Below, one piece after another: positions 26,117 through 38,200 of a DNA stretch of 64,000 bases. This stretch comes from Laetmonice hystrix (taxonomy: Eukaryota): positions 33,544,001 to 33,608,000 of the forward strand of contig OZ249436.1 in the NCBI GenBank assembly GCA_965235115.1, given 5' to 3'. Each line of letters opens with the position of its first letter. Position 1 is the stretch's first letter. The translations under genes were made by a program, and so were the position numbers. The notes under the pieces were generated by a model that did not search any database, had not been told where the DNA came from, and saw only the letters and a list, made by a program, of their open reading frames with translations.

Positions 26117-27536
26117 GACATCTGTAACAACCACTTTTGTCATTTTTACCACTTTTGTTACAGGTCACCACTTTTGTCACAACGTCGCCCACTTTTGTCG
26201 TTCTTAAGGACATCACTTTAGTCTTAATTTTTTGACCGGTTTTGTTAAACTTGTCAAGGCCAAAAAAGACAGCGTGGCAGAAATGAGATGGTTTACGGAT
26301 AACAGATCCATGAAGTCAGGGGGCACATATTGCATTAGTTGATATTAAAATTATTAGTTGATGATAAAACTTTTACTCCTTCATGAACAAACAATAATCA
26401 AGCAAGCAAGATCTGTGTGGTAAATAGAGTAGGTGAAAGCTATGCCAGTAGACGCCCTCCTCTAATAAAGTCTTGTGCTATAAATACCAGGTAGTGCTTT
26501 CTATTGTCCAGGTTTGTTTGTCACACCTCACGCCGGCGACTCTGTACGTCAGTCAGTCAGTTACAGTCAACAGTTTTACCTGTACACAGTATGACACCGC
26601 CAGACATGCTTGGTTGTACACCTTATTTTCATTTGGACAGACAGGACGGTGGAAATGGTGTCTTGATTAATGTGAAATATGTTCTACCTGTAAAACCTTC
26701 TGATCTTTAAGTCGGTGTTCACTTATATTGCTTTGTGGTAAAGAACACACTAAAATACAGCCATGTAGGCAATTGGTTTTGGAGGTGAGATCCTAATTTG
26801 TATATAAATGACTGTAACTATGTTGACCTTGACGTTGGGTGACGACTGTCGTATGCAGAACGTCGGTGTCACGTGCCTCATTGTCCATGGTGCCCTGATT
26901 TTATCATTTTTATTAATATGTTTTAATGAAATCAACTTGCAGGAAGAAACTATGGATGGTCCCCCTATTTTTAGTGCTACAGACGAGATCTACACCTCCA
27001 GGGCTTTGGTTGTTGCCTGTAAAATGTTTTTATCTTAGTAAAACAATGTGGTTGTGTGGGACACCACTCTGGAGGTCCAGCTTGACCTCCCCACTATATA
27101 AAGCCAGGAAACCACTGGTCAAATGTACAGTGAACGGTCACGTCTGAAAGTATCGCTTAGATGGACTCGGGTCTGTCTCCCATGAACTGGCTGATGGGTC
27201 GAAAGGAGCTTGCATGGGTCCACGTTCGGTCGTAATCTGGCAACACGTGCTGATTGTTCAAACACTGACAGTATGATGAGTCACTTAGTGTCAACTTGGA
27301 GGCGGGAGGGTGCAAGCCTGAGTAAAGTGCGACATGACTCTTCTAAAGGGATGTAGCAATACAACCCGTTCCCCGTCAGTGGGTCGATCTGTGGCACGGT
27401 CCCGTATGGCGGCTATCATTGGGTTATCACGTGTTGTCTCAGACGCCAGATCTTCGAACGGTAGGATGAACGAATCTAGTCGACTAAGACCAAATTCACT
27501 TTTTCTTTTTTTCTTCTGTCTGTCTGTCTGTCTGCC

Positions 27537-27610
<74 letters not shown>

Positions 27611-27668
27611 CCTTTGCTTCTCCCCCATATCTCTCTTTCTCCTTCCCTCTCGCCCTCCCCCATATCTC

Positions 27669-27751
<83 letters not shown>

Positions 27752-27829
27752 TCTCTCTCTCTCTCTTTCTCCCTCTCTCTCTATTGCCCTCCCCTATCTC
27801 TCTTTCCCCTCTGTCTGTCTCTGTCTGTC

Positions 27830-27873
<44 letters not shown>

Positions 27874-28406
27874 ACTTACATTCTATACTACCACTACTAT
27901 GCACGGCGCACCGAAGCAGACCTGGCTGGGAGGATCCCCTTTTGTTCAAAATGAAATGAAAAAGTTGAAAATACATTTACACGCCTTCTCCGGCCTTTTC
28001 TTTTACCGGTGCAAAATTTTATAACTTGCGAGCCTCCGCATTATTAGCAGCACGTTAAGCACACATTTCACACAAAGACATCAATAACTATCCCGACATG
28101 GGGAGACTACAAACATTGTACGCCAGAACAATACAAGTAGCCAGGTATATCACAGGAGGGGGGGGGGATTTTTCAGTCGAAAACTAGGTTATTAGGAAGA
28201 AGTGTTCGGTGTGACAAAAGTGGGCACAGTGCATGGTGCATGACAGTCCGAAAATTATGAATAAAGTGGTGCCCTCGAGAACGACAAAAGTGGGCTATTT
28301 TGGGACAAAAGTGGTGACCTGTGACAAAGGTGGGCATTGTGTGCCACAAAAGTGGTGACCTGTGACAAAAGTGGTAAAAATGACAAAAGTGGTTGCTACA
28401 GATGTC
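26117..28406. mobile_element. About 2.3-kb putative TIR element bounded by inverted arms with tandem ccacttttgtc motifs
   Basis: gacatctgtaacaaccacttttgtcatttttaccacttttgt (26117) is the reverse complement of acaaaagtggtaaaaatgacaaaagtggttgctacagatgtc (ending 28406). Similarity extends about 110-160 bp inward. No TSD seen. Confidence 0.6.
27516..27873. repeat. Compound (CTGT)n/(CT)n microsatellite
   Basis: Directly visible; explains the spurious RE/SL-rich ORFs. Confidence 0.97.
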
Positions 28407-30460
28407 TGATCGCCACGATCCTTCCAAACGTAGAGAACGCTCGTGTAGTCTGTAGAGAGGGTACTGCGTCGGCGGTTTTCCCTATTGATACCCCTCACCC
28501 AGGCTCCATGCTTCCGTTTATCCTGCCGAGAACCAACATGGAGACAATCGACTGGAGCCTCGTACACTTTAATTCATGAACCCACGAGTCCGTATTTTTC
28601 TCATGAAAAGAGGGAAACTTATCACTCTACTATACGACGACGGCGGCGACGACAACGACTATACTTGGCAGAAAAGGCAGCTTGCCCACGGGAAGCCCTG
28701 TGTTTCACGCAGGTTATCCGACCTAGAAGCAATCTTCAGAATGGCGTACTAATCACTGAATCCTCGAGCCCCAACAGGCCACATTAGTAGATCACAGCAG
28801 CATTATAAGCCAACTTGAAAGCAGAAAAAATACAAAGGAAAAAGATGCCACGCCATTCATAAAATCAGGCATGATTTACTAATTTAGCATCTGTCCACAA
28901 TAGCGTCCTACTCCTTGTTCAAGTGTTCAATCAAGCATTTTGATGAATTAAAGATGGTTTTATTGCATAAATTCGAAGGGCTGAATGGAATTCTTCAGGA
29001 CCGTATGCACAGCTGCGACTTCATGCAGACGATCAAACGGGACGGTTTGGATTGCTTCGATTCACTCCACACGTGTGGTAATGTACAACAGAATCAATAT
29101 CAGGCAAACCCGACACAACCTTCCCCCACAATAATACTTGATAAGTATTTGCCTAATTAACCCCGACCGTACGCGTGTAATGTTGGCCTGATGAAAACAT
29201 TGCGAGTGCTCCACGACCTGGTAGAGGAGTTGTTTGAGGTAATCCGTAGGCTGTGGAGAATCGACCCTATCCATCGTCTTAGTAAATACACAGTTCGGTG
29301 GTGATTGGAGTGGTATATAATCACACAGTTGTGATATATGGCAATAAGTTAGCATTACCAACCCGCCAAGGGGGGGGGGGGGCATTTTGTGATCAGCTAC
29401 AGATAGAAACTGGGCAGAAGGAGGGTCTTTTAGATAAGAGCTAAACTGGATAAAATAACCAATTTGGTCTATTGCATTGCCGCCATCTTGACCGCCATTT
29501 TGTCACAATTTTAGATTTCATGTGAATCTGAAACCAGAGATTTTGTCGACGAAATTAAATTCGGAGTAAAACTTTTCAAGATATATTGAACTTTGTGTTA
29601 AAATTACCATTTCTAGATTTCAGTAAAATGGTATTTTTGGGGCCATGGCTTCTACTACTTCGAATAGGCCGAGTGATCCCTCTGGATGGATACTTTTTTG
29701 ACCACTGAATTGGCCATATCTCAACATTTTGCACTGACACTAATGGGAAGCGGCCACAGGTCCGATTGCTGTCACTGAGTCACAGAGTTCTACCTGCATC
29801 CATTGCAGAAATACCGATAACACCGATAATGACGATAACACGCTCCACAACTTCTGGACAATTTTCATCCAGATATGATATTTGGCTCTATAAAAGTATA
29901 CTGATGTTTGGAAGGTAGACCGCGCCCTCACTGGGCCGTGCCACCCTAGCAGTGACAGTAAACATTGGCAGCGACCGGGTCTAGGCTTTAAGATTCATTC
30001 ATTAAGATGACACATCATAAACGTCGCTAACCTCCAAGATAGGATAGTAGTTTTACGATCCCCCCTCCCATGATACAGAACAACTCAATGTCTGCGACAT
30101 ATCAAACAAATGAGGCATGTCATTAGTAATATCGTGTCCTAAAAGGTTTCCATATCCTAATGACTTCATCCGGTGGTTATTTATTTCACGGTACATTAGA
30201 TCACTTCTGTGACCAGTTCCCATTCCAAGCTGGCCAAGCAACATTTTCCCAAATGCTGGCGCGTTGATTGGGGCAAATCGCGTTCTCACCACGCAGCCAC
30301 CCTTGCAAATAGACAATTAAGGCTCACTGCGTGACAAACTTGATTCCGCTTCCGGGTCATGTGTTCTCTTCACTTCGCTCGGTTGCTTGGTTTGAATTTA
30401 TAGCCACGTTTATTAAATGAAACGAAGTAATGCCATTCAGGTACCCTCGGCAGATTTCTA

Positions 30461-30988
30461 CAGGGTGAGTAAAAAAACCCTATACACTCACAAATAGGGT
30501 GATGAATCAAAGATTTGGTTCTTGTAACTCTTGTGCTTCAATTTGGTGATTGATTCGCTCAGATGCGACCAATAATAAAGAAGTACTTTCCATTTTTCAA
30601 AACCCTTTAACATACCACTTGCGCCAAGTGAGACACAGTCTTTTCAATTCAAACAATGAAAAGCAATCGAATAGGCCATTGTCATGACTGTGGTCATGGA
30701 TGGCATAATGCAGGGTGCGTTCATAGTTTACACCCCAGCGAAGGGCCTACTTGGTCAATGAATTTGCCGAGTTGAAAAGGTCGAGTCTCACTTGGCGCAA
30801 ATGGTATTTTAGTTTAAAAAAAAAAATGGCAAGTATTTCTTTATTACTGGTCGCATCTGAGTGGATCAACTACCAAATTGAAGCACAAGAGTTACCTTTC
30901 TGACCCAATTACTACATTGTCCAGATTTTGTAAAATCTCTGATTCATCACCCTATTTGTGAGTGTATATTTTTTTTTTACTCACCCTG
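30461..30988. mobile_element. Tc1/mariner-like foldback MITE with TA TSD
   Basis: ta|cagggtgagtaaaaaaa ... ttttttactcaccctg|ta. The inverted arms extend roughly 170 bp (tatacactcacaaatagggtgatgaatc, gtaactcttgtgcttcaatttggt, ttgcgccaagtgagac). Confidence 0.9.
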
Positions 30989-32643
30989 TAGATTAAACGC
31001 ATTTTCAGGTTATTCAGAGGGGTGAAATAAATGATTATCGCTCCGCGCAATGCTTATATTTAATCGGTTACATCGGTTATGTAATTGTGTACGTACAAAA
31101 CAAGTTATTGTTACTGAAAACCAAACAAATTCACAGCTTCAGGTTTTTCAATGTGTGTTTTACTATAGGAACTGGCCACGGTGTAAATAACTGAGCAAGA
31201 GTGAACATTTTTGTAGATGAGAGGCCAAGTTGCTATATGGGTGATATTCAAGTGGTCATTAACACGTAATACGGACAAGACTGACGTAAATCAACAATTA
31301 AAAGCTTGTTTGCTAAGATTCGCTGCAGATTGCGAACCTCTCGCAACATTAATTAATAGTGTGTTTTTGGACTTTTGGCCTTTAGTAAGACGAACCAGAA
31401 CAATTCCAGAACACTCCGAAACCAAAGTGCCCGCAAATGTTGTCCAGTCGGAAAATTCGCGTTGTTAGAGATGGCGTTATTGATTCTCTCACTAGTCCCA
31501 TGATGAATTATTTATCCAATACATGCCAATAACAACGAGATAAGGGAAGGAGTTGGGGAAGGCAAGACAAGACGGACAGCACGTCAAAGTCTATGCATTA
31601 TCAACGTCTAAACAATACTTTGAGTGGTAGCATTGCGTGTGGCCGTTATCGCCGAGAAACCATTGTCCTCTGTGGAAACACCTGAAAGGCGGACTTGCAT
31701 GTTCCAGCCACGACACAGCGGAAACGACACCACCACTGCACGGACCTAGCATACATCTTCTAGTTTTTGCGCACTCTCTACGACATAGGCCTACTGTAGT
31801 CTGTATGTAAGACACCAACCGTTATTGAAGGCACATATTCCAATATTATGATTTAAATACTGAAACGAAGAATTTCAATGTCTTTCAACTGTTTGCAAGC
31901 CATCGAAGTAAGGTGTTGGTCTTCACCACTCTAGTAGTTAAGCGTTGATATAAATACCTACTCGCGAAGTATTTCTTGCCTCTTGCTAGCTACTTATTTC
32001 AAAGCAAACTAAAAAAACAATTTCGATATAGCAGTATACCAAACAGTAAAATGATTGTTAAGGCAAAAGGCAAACATTGAAGACACACAGGCAAGTGCGA
32101 TTTTACAGTTTACGTAATGACCCATCATGAACACGAGGTAAGAGACTCATCTAGTAATGGACCGGCCGTTACCTGAATCCATTTACAGTTTATTCGATGA
32201 TCCATCTATCAGTCAGACCAACATCAAAGAGCCACTTATATTTAGAATTTAACTGCCAATGCCATCCTGCTGATTTCTGTATAATGCATGGTCAATCAAA
32301 GCCATTTCGACCTGTTTTATATCTGGCAGAGTTGTCCACACTGGCGACGAGGCGGAATCTGCCGACAGCGTAGGTGATCAATTACCTCACCAAAGTCACG
32401 CATCTCAGGATGACAAGTGAGTATATTTACCGCAATACCAGTGGCGTACCCGGGGGGGGGGGACTTGGGGTGCTCAAGCAATTTTGAAATTGAAGTCGTT
32501 TTGTGACGGTAATTATTTACGGTTAGGCCTACCTCACAGCGTAACTCCTTTCGATGGGAACATGTTTGTCATGAAAAGAAAGGCGAGATGTACCCCAGGG
32601 ATTAATTCACACATTAATTCACACATATTGATTGATACACGTT

Positions 32644-32943
32644 CAGTGGGGATCCAGGATTTTGATAAGGGGGGGGGGGCACCTAAAAGTACTGTGATTA
32701 TGGCCTTTTGGGCCCCTTTTGGTCTATTTCAATGCTGCATGGCCCAGAGTTATGTTGCTCTTGGATGACTGAGGAGGCCCTTTTGGGCCTGATGTTACTA
32801 TCAAGTACAATAATATAGGATTTTTAAAAAAAGAATTTGGTTGGAATCCTGGTTTCAGGGTCTGAATAATGCATCTTCTTAAAAAAGGGGGAAGGAAAAT
32901 TTAAGGGGGGCGGGACCCTTGGGCACCCCTGGATCCCCCAGTG
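32644..32943. mobile_element. hAT-like non-autonomous element
   Basis: cagtggggatccagg ... cctggatcccccagtg, with cacgtt repeated on both flanks (probable TSD core). Confidence 0.7.
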
Positions 32944-35000
32944 CACGTTGTCTCAGCCCATAATATATCCACAAACGAGACGACCATTCCGTTTTCCGCA
33001 GTATTAACGCCGGACGAATCTCTAGGCAGATGGCCATGCCATTTGACCAGCTGCCCCGCTCGGTCTGGTGATGTCAGTCCCTGACACTTGTCCCCAGCTT
33101 CCTATTAAACGATCCAGAGGAGTTCCTTGTCGTCTCTACCTTGTTGAGACCCAAGGCGAATCGGTTGGTGACAGGAGTAAAGTGCACTCGACGCCCGGCA
33201 GCCGCCAGCCTCACGACTGCCTCCTGACGACCACGCCTGCTGGGACCTCTTTCGGCACTTGCCTTATTGGGACATAAACGACGTCGATGTCGCCGACCCA
33301 GGGCAGTTGTTATGGAAGCAACATGCACAGGAAAACCGCCAAAGGCCCCCTACCGTGGTGGGCTCGCGCTGACTGGCTTCTAATACATGTCGCTCTGACC
33401 GGTCCATTAGGGCTACCTGTCAAGCCCATCAAGTTAGGGGAATCACTGTGTGATAGAATCTTTCTTATTCTGATTTGCACGTGTAATATGGCGTCTATCT
33501 TTAATAATGAAATATTTTACATAACATAACATAACAATTACATAACATCACAAAGTGGGATTTAATACGGAAAACGCCTCGTATGTGTAAAGGGTTCCAA
33601 GAGAATGCTTTCGTTGGGAATGGAATAATTTATCAACCACAGTTTTTTTTTAAAGAATAATGTTTTACTCTACATAATTTGAGTATGATCACAATGATAT
33701 AAATACGTCTATTACACCACTCCATTTACGGGTAGGTCACTGTATACAATGTAATAGAAGGTCAGATAGCACAATACAAAAATCAACATAAATCTATAGA
33801 ATTAAGTTGTAATTGACCTACATAAATTATGTGCAAGATAATAAGTACAACCTGTAATACGATCCAATAAAAAGTACCTCGGGTAAAAAATGTTTTCTTC
33901 ATGTTCGGCATGTTGGGCAAATATACAAATATATCACATGATCACAGGGTCATGTCTGGCATGCAATATAATGTAGAGAAAGGGAAATCATCCCGCAGGA
34001 CCCACAAAGATTCCAGGGCCACGGGGAACAGAAACATGTTCATTATGTCAAGTCTATAGAGACCTATTGCGCCACTCACCAAAATACACATTTCGGCCAT
34101 TTGGGCAGTGGGCATGGTCAGGAAATTACACTGCGCGACCTGAACGACCGATGGGTCCTACGGGTAAAGGTTGGGTGTGGTTGTGGGGGTGAGGGTGGTG
34201 GTGGTGGGGGGTCCTTTAGCCCAAGGAAACGGTCGCCCGACTTTTTGTTTGCTCGTGAGCGCTCAGCGCGAGCTATCGAGAAATAGCGCCGACTGTTTAC
34301 AGTCTTTTAAACACGTTCGATGGATACGTGAGCGTTAGCACGTTTCCCAACAGCCTGGACTAATGTAGCGTACAGGACTGTATAGAGAGGACGAACTAGG
34401 CAGTGTTGGAATCCACGGTATCCATCAGGTATCGTGAGCCGGGGGGGGGGGGGGAGAAAAAAGGGGAAATTGGTAGAATCACGCATACAACCAATTAGAA
34501 CGTGCACGCTCTCGTTGGGCTGCTTGTCGACGAAACGCACGGCTAGGCATGCAGCTCTATGTGATTGTAGGGCATGGGACGCCAAAGGATAAATCCTTCA
34601 TTGGACATAAGCTTCCGCACAACTTCACATAAATAATATCCGTTTTCCCTGGCAGACCCACCCTCGATCCTCAGAATATTGAAGTTCTTCTGCAGACATT
34701 CATTCAGTTGTTCTAAAGGATGTTCCGTCGGCGTTCATGCACCGTTCAGTCGTTTGAACTGATCCGCCACTGCCTCCCTGCAGGCTGGCCATGTTCTTTT
34801 CATACATAAAGCAAAATCACAACAATCTCGGTATTTCGGTAGCTCAATCAAGGGTTCCCTTGGTATTTCATTCAATCAAACTCGGTTGTAAATGAGTTTT
34901 ACTGCGCATTACCACCATCCTCATATATGTATCTTCCTTTTAACTGCGTTGTTTTTGTGGTTGTTTGATGTTCTGATACAGGCAAGTAGAACGGCTCATC

Positions 35001-35258
35001 TCATAAGAAATCGCAACCCTTTTTCTTGATGGCAAAGACGAGGATTGCAAGCGACAACAAGAAAACCAGCGACGACCAAACCATGCCGTGAATAACGTGT
35101 TCCAGGTGGAAACGTCGTGTCCGTATTACCTCGGCCGGGTTGTCTGGGTTGTACAGGCACGGGTACTTCTTGCCCGGACTGCCGAACCGACGCTCGTAAT
35201 CCCGAACCGCCTGTTCGTTGGCTGCCCGCGAGCTCTTACACGGAGGGTAGTAGGAACA
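35001..35258 (-). CDS. KCNMB: Calcium-activated potassium (BK) channel beta subunit-like protein, last coding exon
   Basis: CSYYPPC...KKYPCLYNPDNPAEVIRTRRF...HGMVWSSLVFLLSLAILVF resembles the KCNMB CSYIPPC...F.C.Y.P...V...R...HCL.WP plus TM2 segment. Acceptor GTGTGTTTTCAG|TGT at 35259/35258, phase 0. Symbol is family-level only. Confidence 0.85.
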   Translation of the reverse strand, partial: CSYYPPCKSSRAANEQAVRDYERRFGSPGKKYPCLYNPDNPAEVIRTRRFHLEHVIHGMVWSSLVFLLSLAILVFAIKKKGCDFL

Positions 35259-38200
35259 CTGAAAACACACGGAAATAGACCGGGGATAAGCGATCAGATT
35301 ATGTACCGATATAGAGCAACATGGCATGGATATAATATTATAATATGCAAGAGCGTAAGAGGATATTGAATCAAACGGGGAAGATCGACAGTTTGATGCG
35401 ATGGTGAAACAGAGATGGGCGTGAGTGGCTTTTAGTGAAGGACGCAGTCAGGGATCAGCTATCTTACACCTTCATAAGTAAGTGAGACAATAATGTCTTT
35501 CTCAAGAAGATGATCCCACCCGTGCATAAATAGGTGAGGAAATGAAGAGTCAAGATTTAGTCGTAGCCAATACAGCTGTGTAAAGTGCACACCATTTTAT
35601 TTCTCACATGCATTTTTTACTGCTCTGTCCACCTGAACAGTTGCGTTGATGGAAATGTCGGCAGCAATATCTTATTGTCGTTGATTGAAGTTATTCACGT
35701 GTGAAATGGGCATCATACGCATGTATCCATATCTTAGTTTTAATGAATCATAATCAATTGATACTTTACGAGACGCACTTATGTAGAATGTAATTCGCTA
35801 ACGACAAGACTATACAGATTAATACTGTAACATTTAAGGAGAAACTCTATTTAAATCTGTTGAGAACGAATCGCCTTTTTTAATGCTTCTGTGATGTGCT
35901 CCCAAGTAGAAACAGGTTGACAAAGAGTCAGTATAGAAGGCTAACGTATGTATTTTATAATTTACTTGAACTGACAATAATACAGATAAACCTACGTCGT
36001 TTACTTTTATAGCCGTGCGATTCCTAAATCGCGGGCCGTGCCCTCTTTCTCCGCGTGTCAAATACCCGTCAGATACATAAAGCTGTCAAAGACAGTTTCG
36101 AAAGCCCCCTGTCGTACGCGTGCTTTCGATTACTCTCCGGAACCGCATGGGAAAACAGGGCTGACCTTGGTCAGGGGGGTTAGATGGATACAAAAGGTTG
36201 TACCCAAGGCACGGCTCCATCTACTACGTCAAAATAGCGGAGGGAGGAAGTCACAGCTGAAGGTGGTTAAAGTGTTGGAGGTCCGTGCATCGGCAGGACA
36301 TGCCAAGGTATTGAATATCGACGGAGAAGGATGACACATTGTACACTATTTTTTGTAGTTTTGTTCAGGAGACAGAAGCAATTTCCGCACATTGAACGTA
36401 TTTGTGGTAAAAAGGTAGAAAGAAAAAAACCGGATGCGATTTTAATGGAACATTGGTTTTTTCATTTGTTCGTCAACAAGTAACAAAACATCGGCTTTCC
36501 CTAGTGAAACAATCGTGGAAGCGAACATAATCTTCTCATACACCGCATAGAGCTAGCTACGTGTTGAGGGGACACTATTTTGTACGCCAATACCGGTATG
36601 AAGCTCTTTATCCACGAGTTTGAATCATCGAAGGTCGCAATCTACGACCAACAAACGGCAGAGTGAAAATCAATACAACAAAGATAGGTTAAACTCATAC
36701 TACCATTCCCAATCTCTGACGGAAAGAAACCCCTTCTTTTCTTCGCCGAAGCAACGTAAGTTCATTGTTCTTCTTTTCCACTCCACGTGGGTAAATTGCT
36801 TTTCTTTGCGGAGGCTATAATCTAGGGCCTATTTCCTTTTTTAAACGTGATAGGCCTAGGTCAGTACAGGAAATAAAGCCTGACTTTGGGGGAAGCAATT
36901 GGGTCAGAAATATACTGAACACCCAAAGTTTGGAATATCGAAAACCAAACACCAGCAAAGATGTGAAATCTAAATAATTTCTATTCTCATTAAACAGATA
37001 CTAGGCAAATATCCCTCTGAAACGCAGTGTCCAGTTTGGTGGCATGTTGACACATGTGAGGCAAGGTGTGGGCTAACAAGACTTAGTGTTGGCAGGTTTC
37101 TAAAGTCAAGTCATAGGAAACAATGACTGCCTCACTCATTGATCGCATTGATTTCATGTGGTAGTTTATCTTTCTCTGAGGAATGTGCCTTTCACTCTTG
37201 GGTCTTATAATATATAATAATAATAATATCCCCTGTCTCCGGAAACTTTTCAACAATTTGCTTACTCCACCCTGAGTAAGGCTGCACGTGTTTGTGACGA
37301 TCCTGCCTTCGTGCAGAGTCCCATAATTTGCCATTGTTGTGACACAGAGAGGGAAATGTCCCCCTCTTGCTGACTTCACATTTGTCAACCCGGTCTTGTT
37401 TGGCAGATTCACCAGGCAGACATGATCCCACGCTACGCATTGATGGTTAAACAAACAGTAAGCTGACCACCCATGTGAAACTGGAGCACCAATAGATGGG
37501 GTAATGCTCTGATATAACAATAATATAAGGATTGAATTTCATTTGGAATTTATCAATATCACACTTAAGATATTCCAGACGTTTGGTGGTCAGTATATTA
37601 ATTTTAGTGACAGCTACCAAGAAGTACCATAGCTGTTAGTGAATTGATGAGACGCAAGAAGCGTTCCGTCTCCCTCTCTGACGCAGATCACACCTATTGG
37701 ACCGGAAACGTAAGGATCCCACCGGAAGCGTCTTAGCCTTACTCGGATCTTCGAGAACCATGAGAGCGATTCTCGTTGAACCCTGTCGACATTCTGGTAA
37801 CTTCCTAAATCAGTGCCTGGGGATGGAGGCGGAAAGGGGACGCGCACTGCCCCAATGTCCGTGCACAGCAGTCGCAGACAGACTGTCAACGTCGCATCAA
37901 CTAATTCTGAGCGTAAGGAAAGGTCCTGTAGTTTCTATGGATGTATCGCAGCAGATGTCTAAGGTACAGTGAATAGAAACGGTTTTTTCTGTCAGAACCT
38001 TCAGGTCGGGCGATACAGGGCTGATGAATAGACTTTGGTCGACAGGATGGTAATGGCCCTATAGGAAACATGAACGGGAGAGGTCCCTCGGCAGTATTAA
38101 AATACGGCGGCGAACGACAACTCTGACCCGTGCATATAAATCATTGACGCAGCGTGGACGATGTAAATATGATCTTAACTTTCCATCGGCGTGCTTCTTA

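Noticed and set aside
27291..28024. 194-, 206- and 136-aa ORFs
   Set aside because: Translations of the (CT)n/(CTGT)n microsatellite.
29062..29385. 107-aa minus-strand ORF and the other 60-150-aa ORF-track entries in intergenic/intronic DNA
   Set aside because: No recognisable domain, no consistent splice-site pair, and lengths are as expected by chance with alternative start codons.
35259..35327. ORF-track N-terminal extension of the KCNMB-like last exon (and the C-terminal extension 63608-63694 of the upstream exon)
   Set aside because: Outside the canonical AG and GT splice sites; intronic.
38014..38065. Hammerhead-ribozyme-like CTGATGA with flanking partial stems (also checked near 22596, 32770, 44990 and 61387)
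   Set aside because: No case has the GAAA core, stem III and an NUH cleavage site together.
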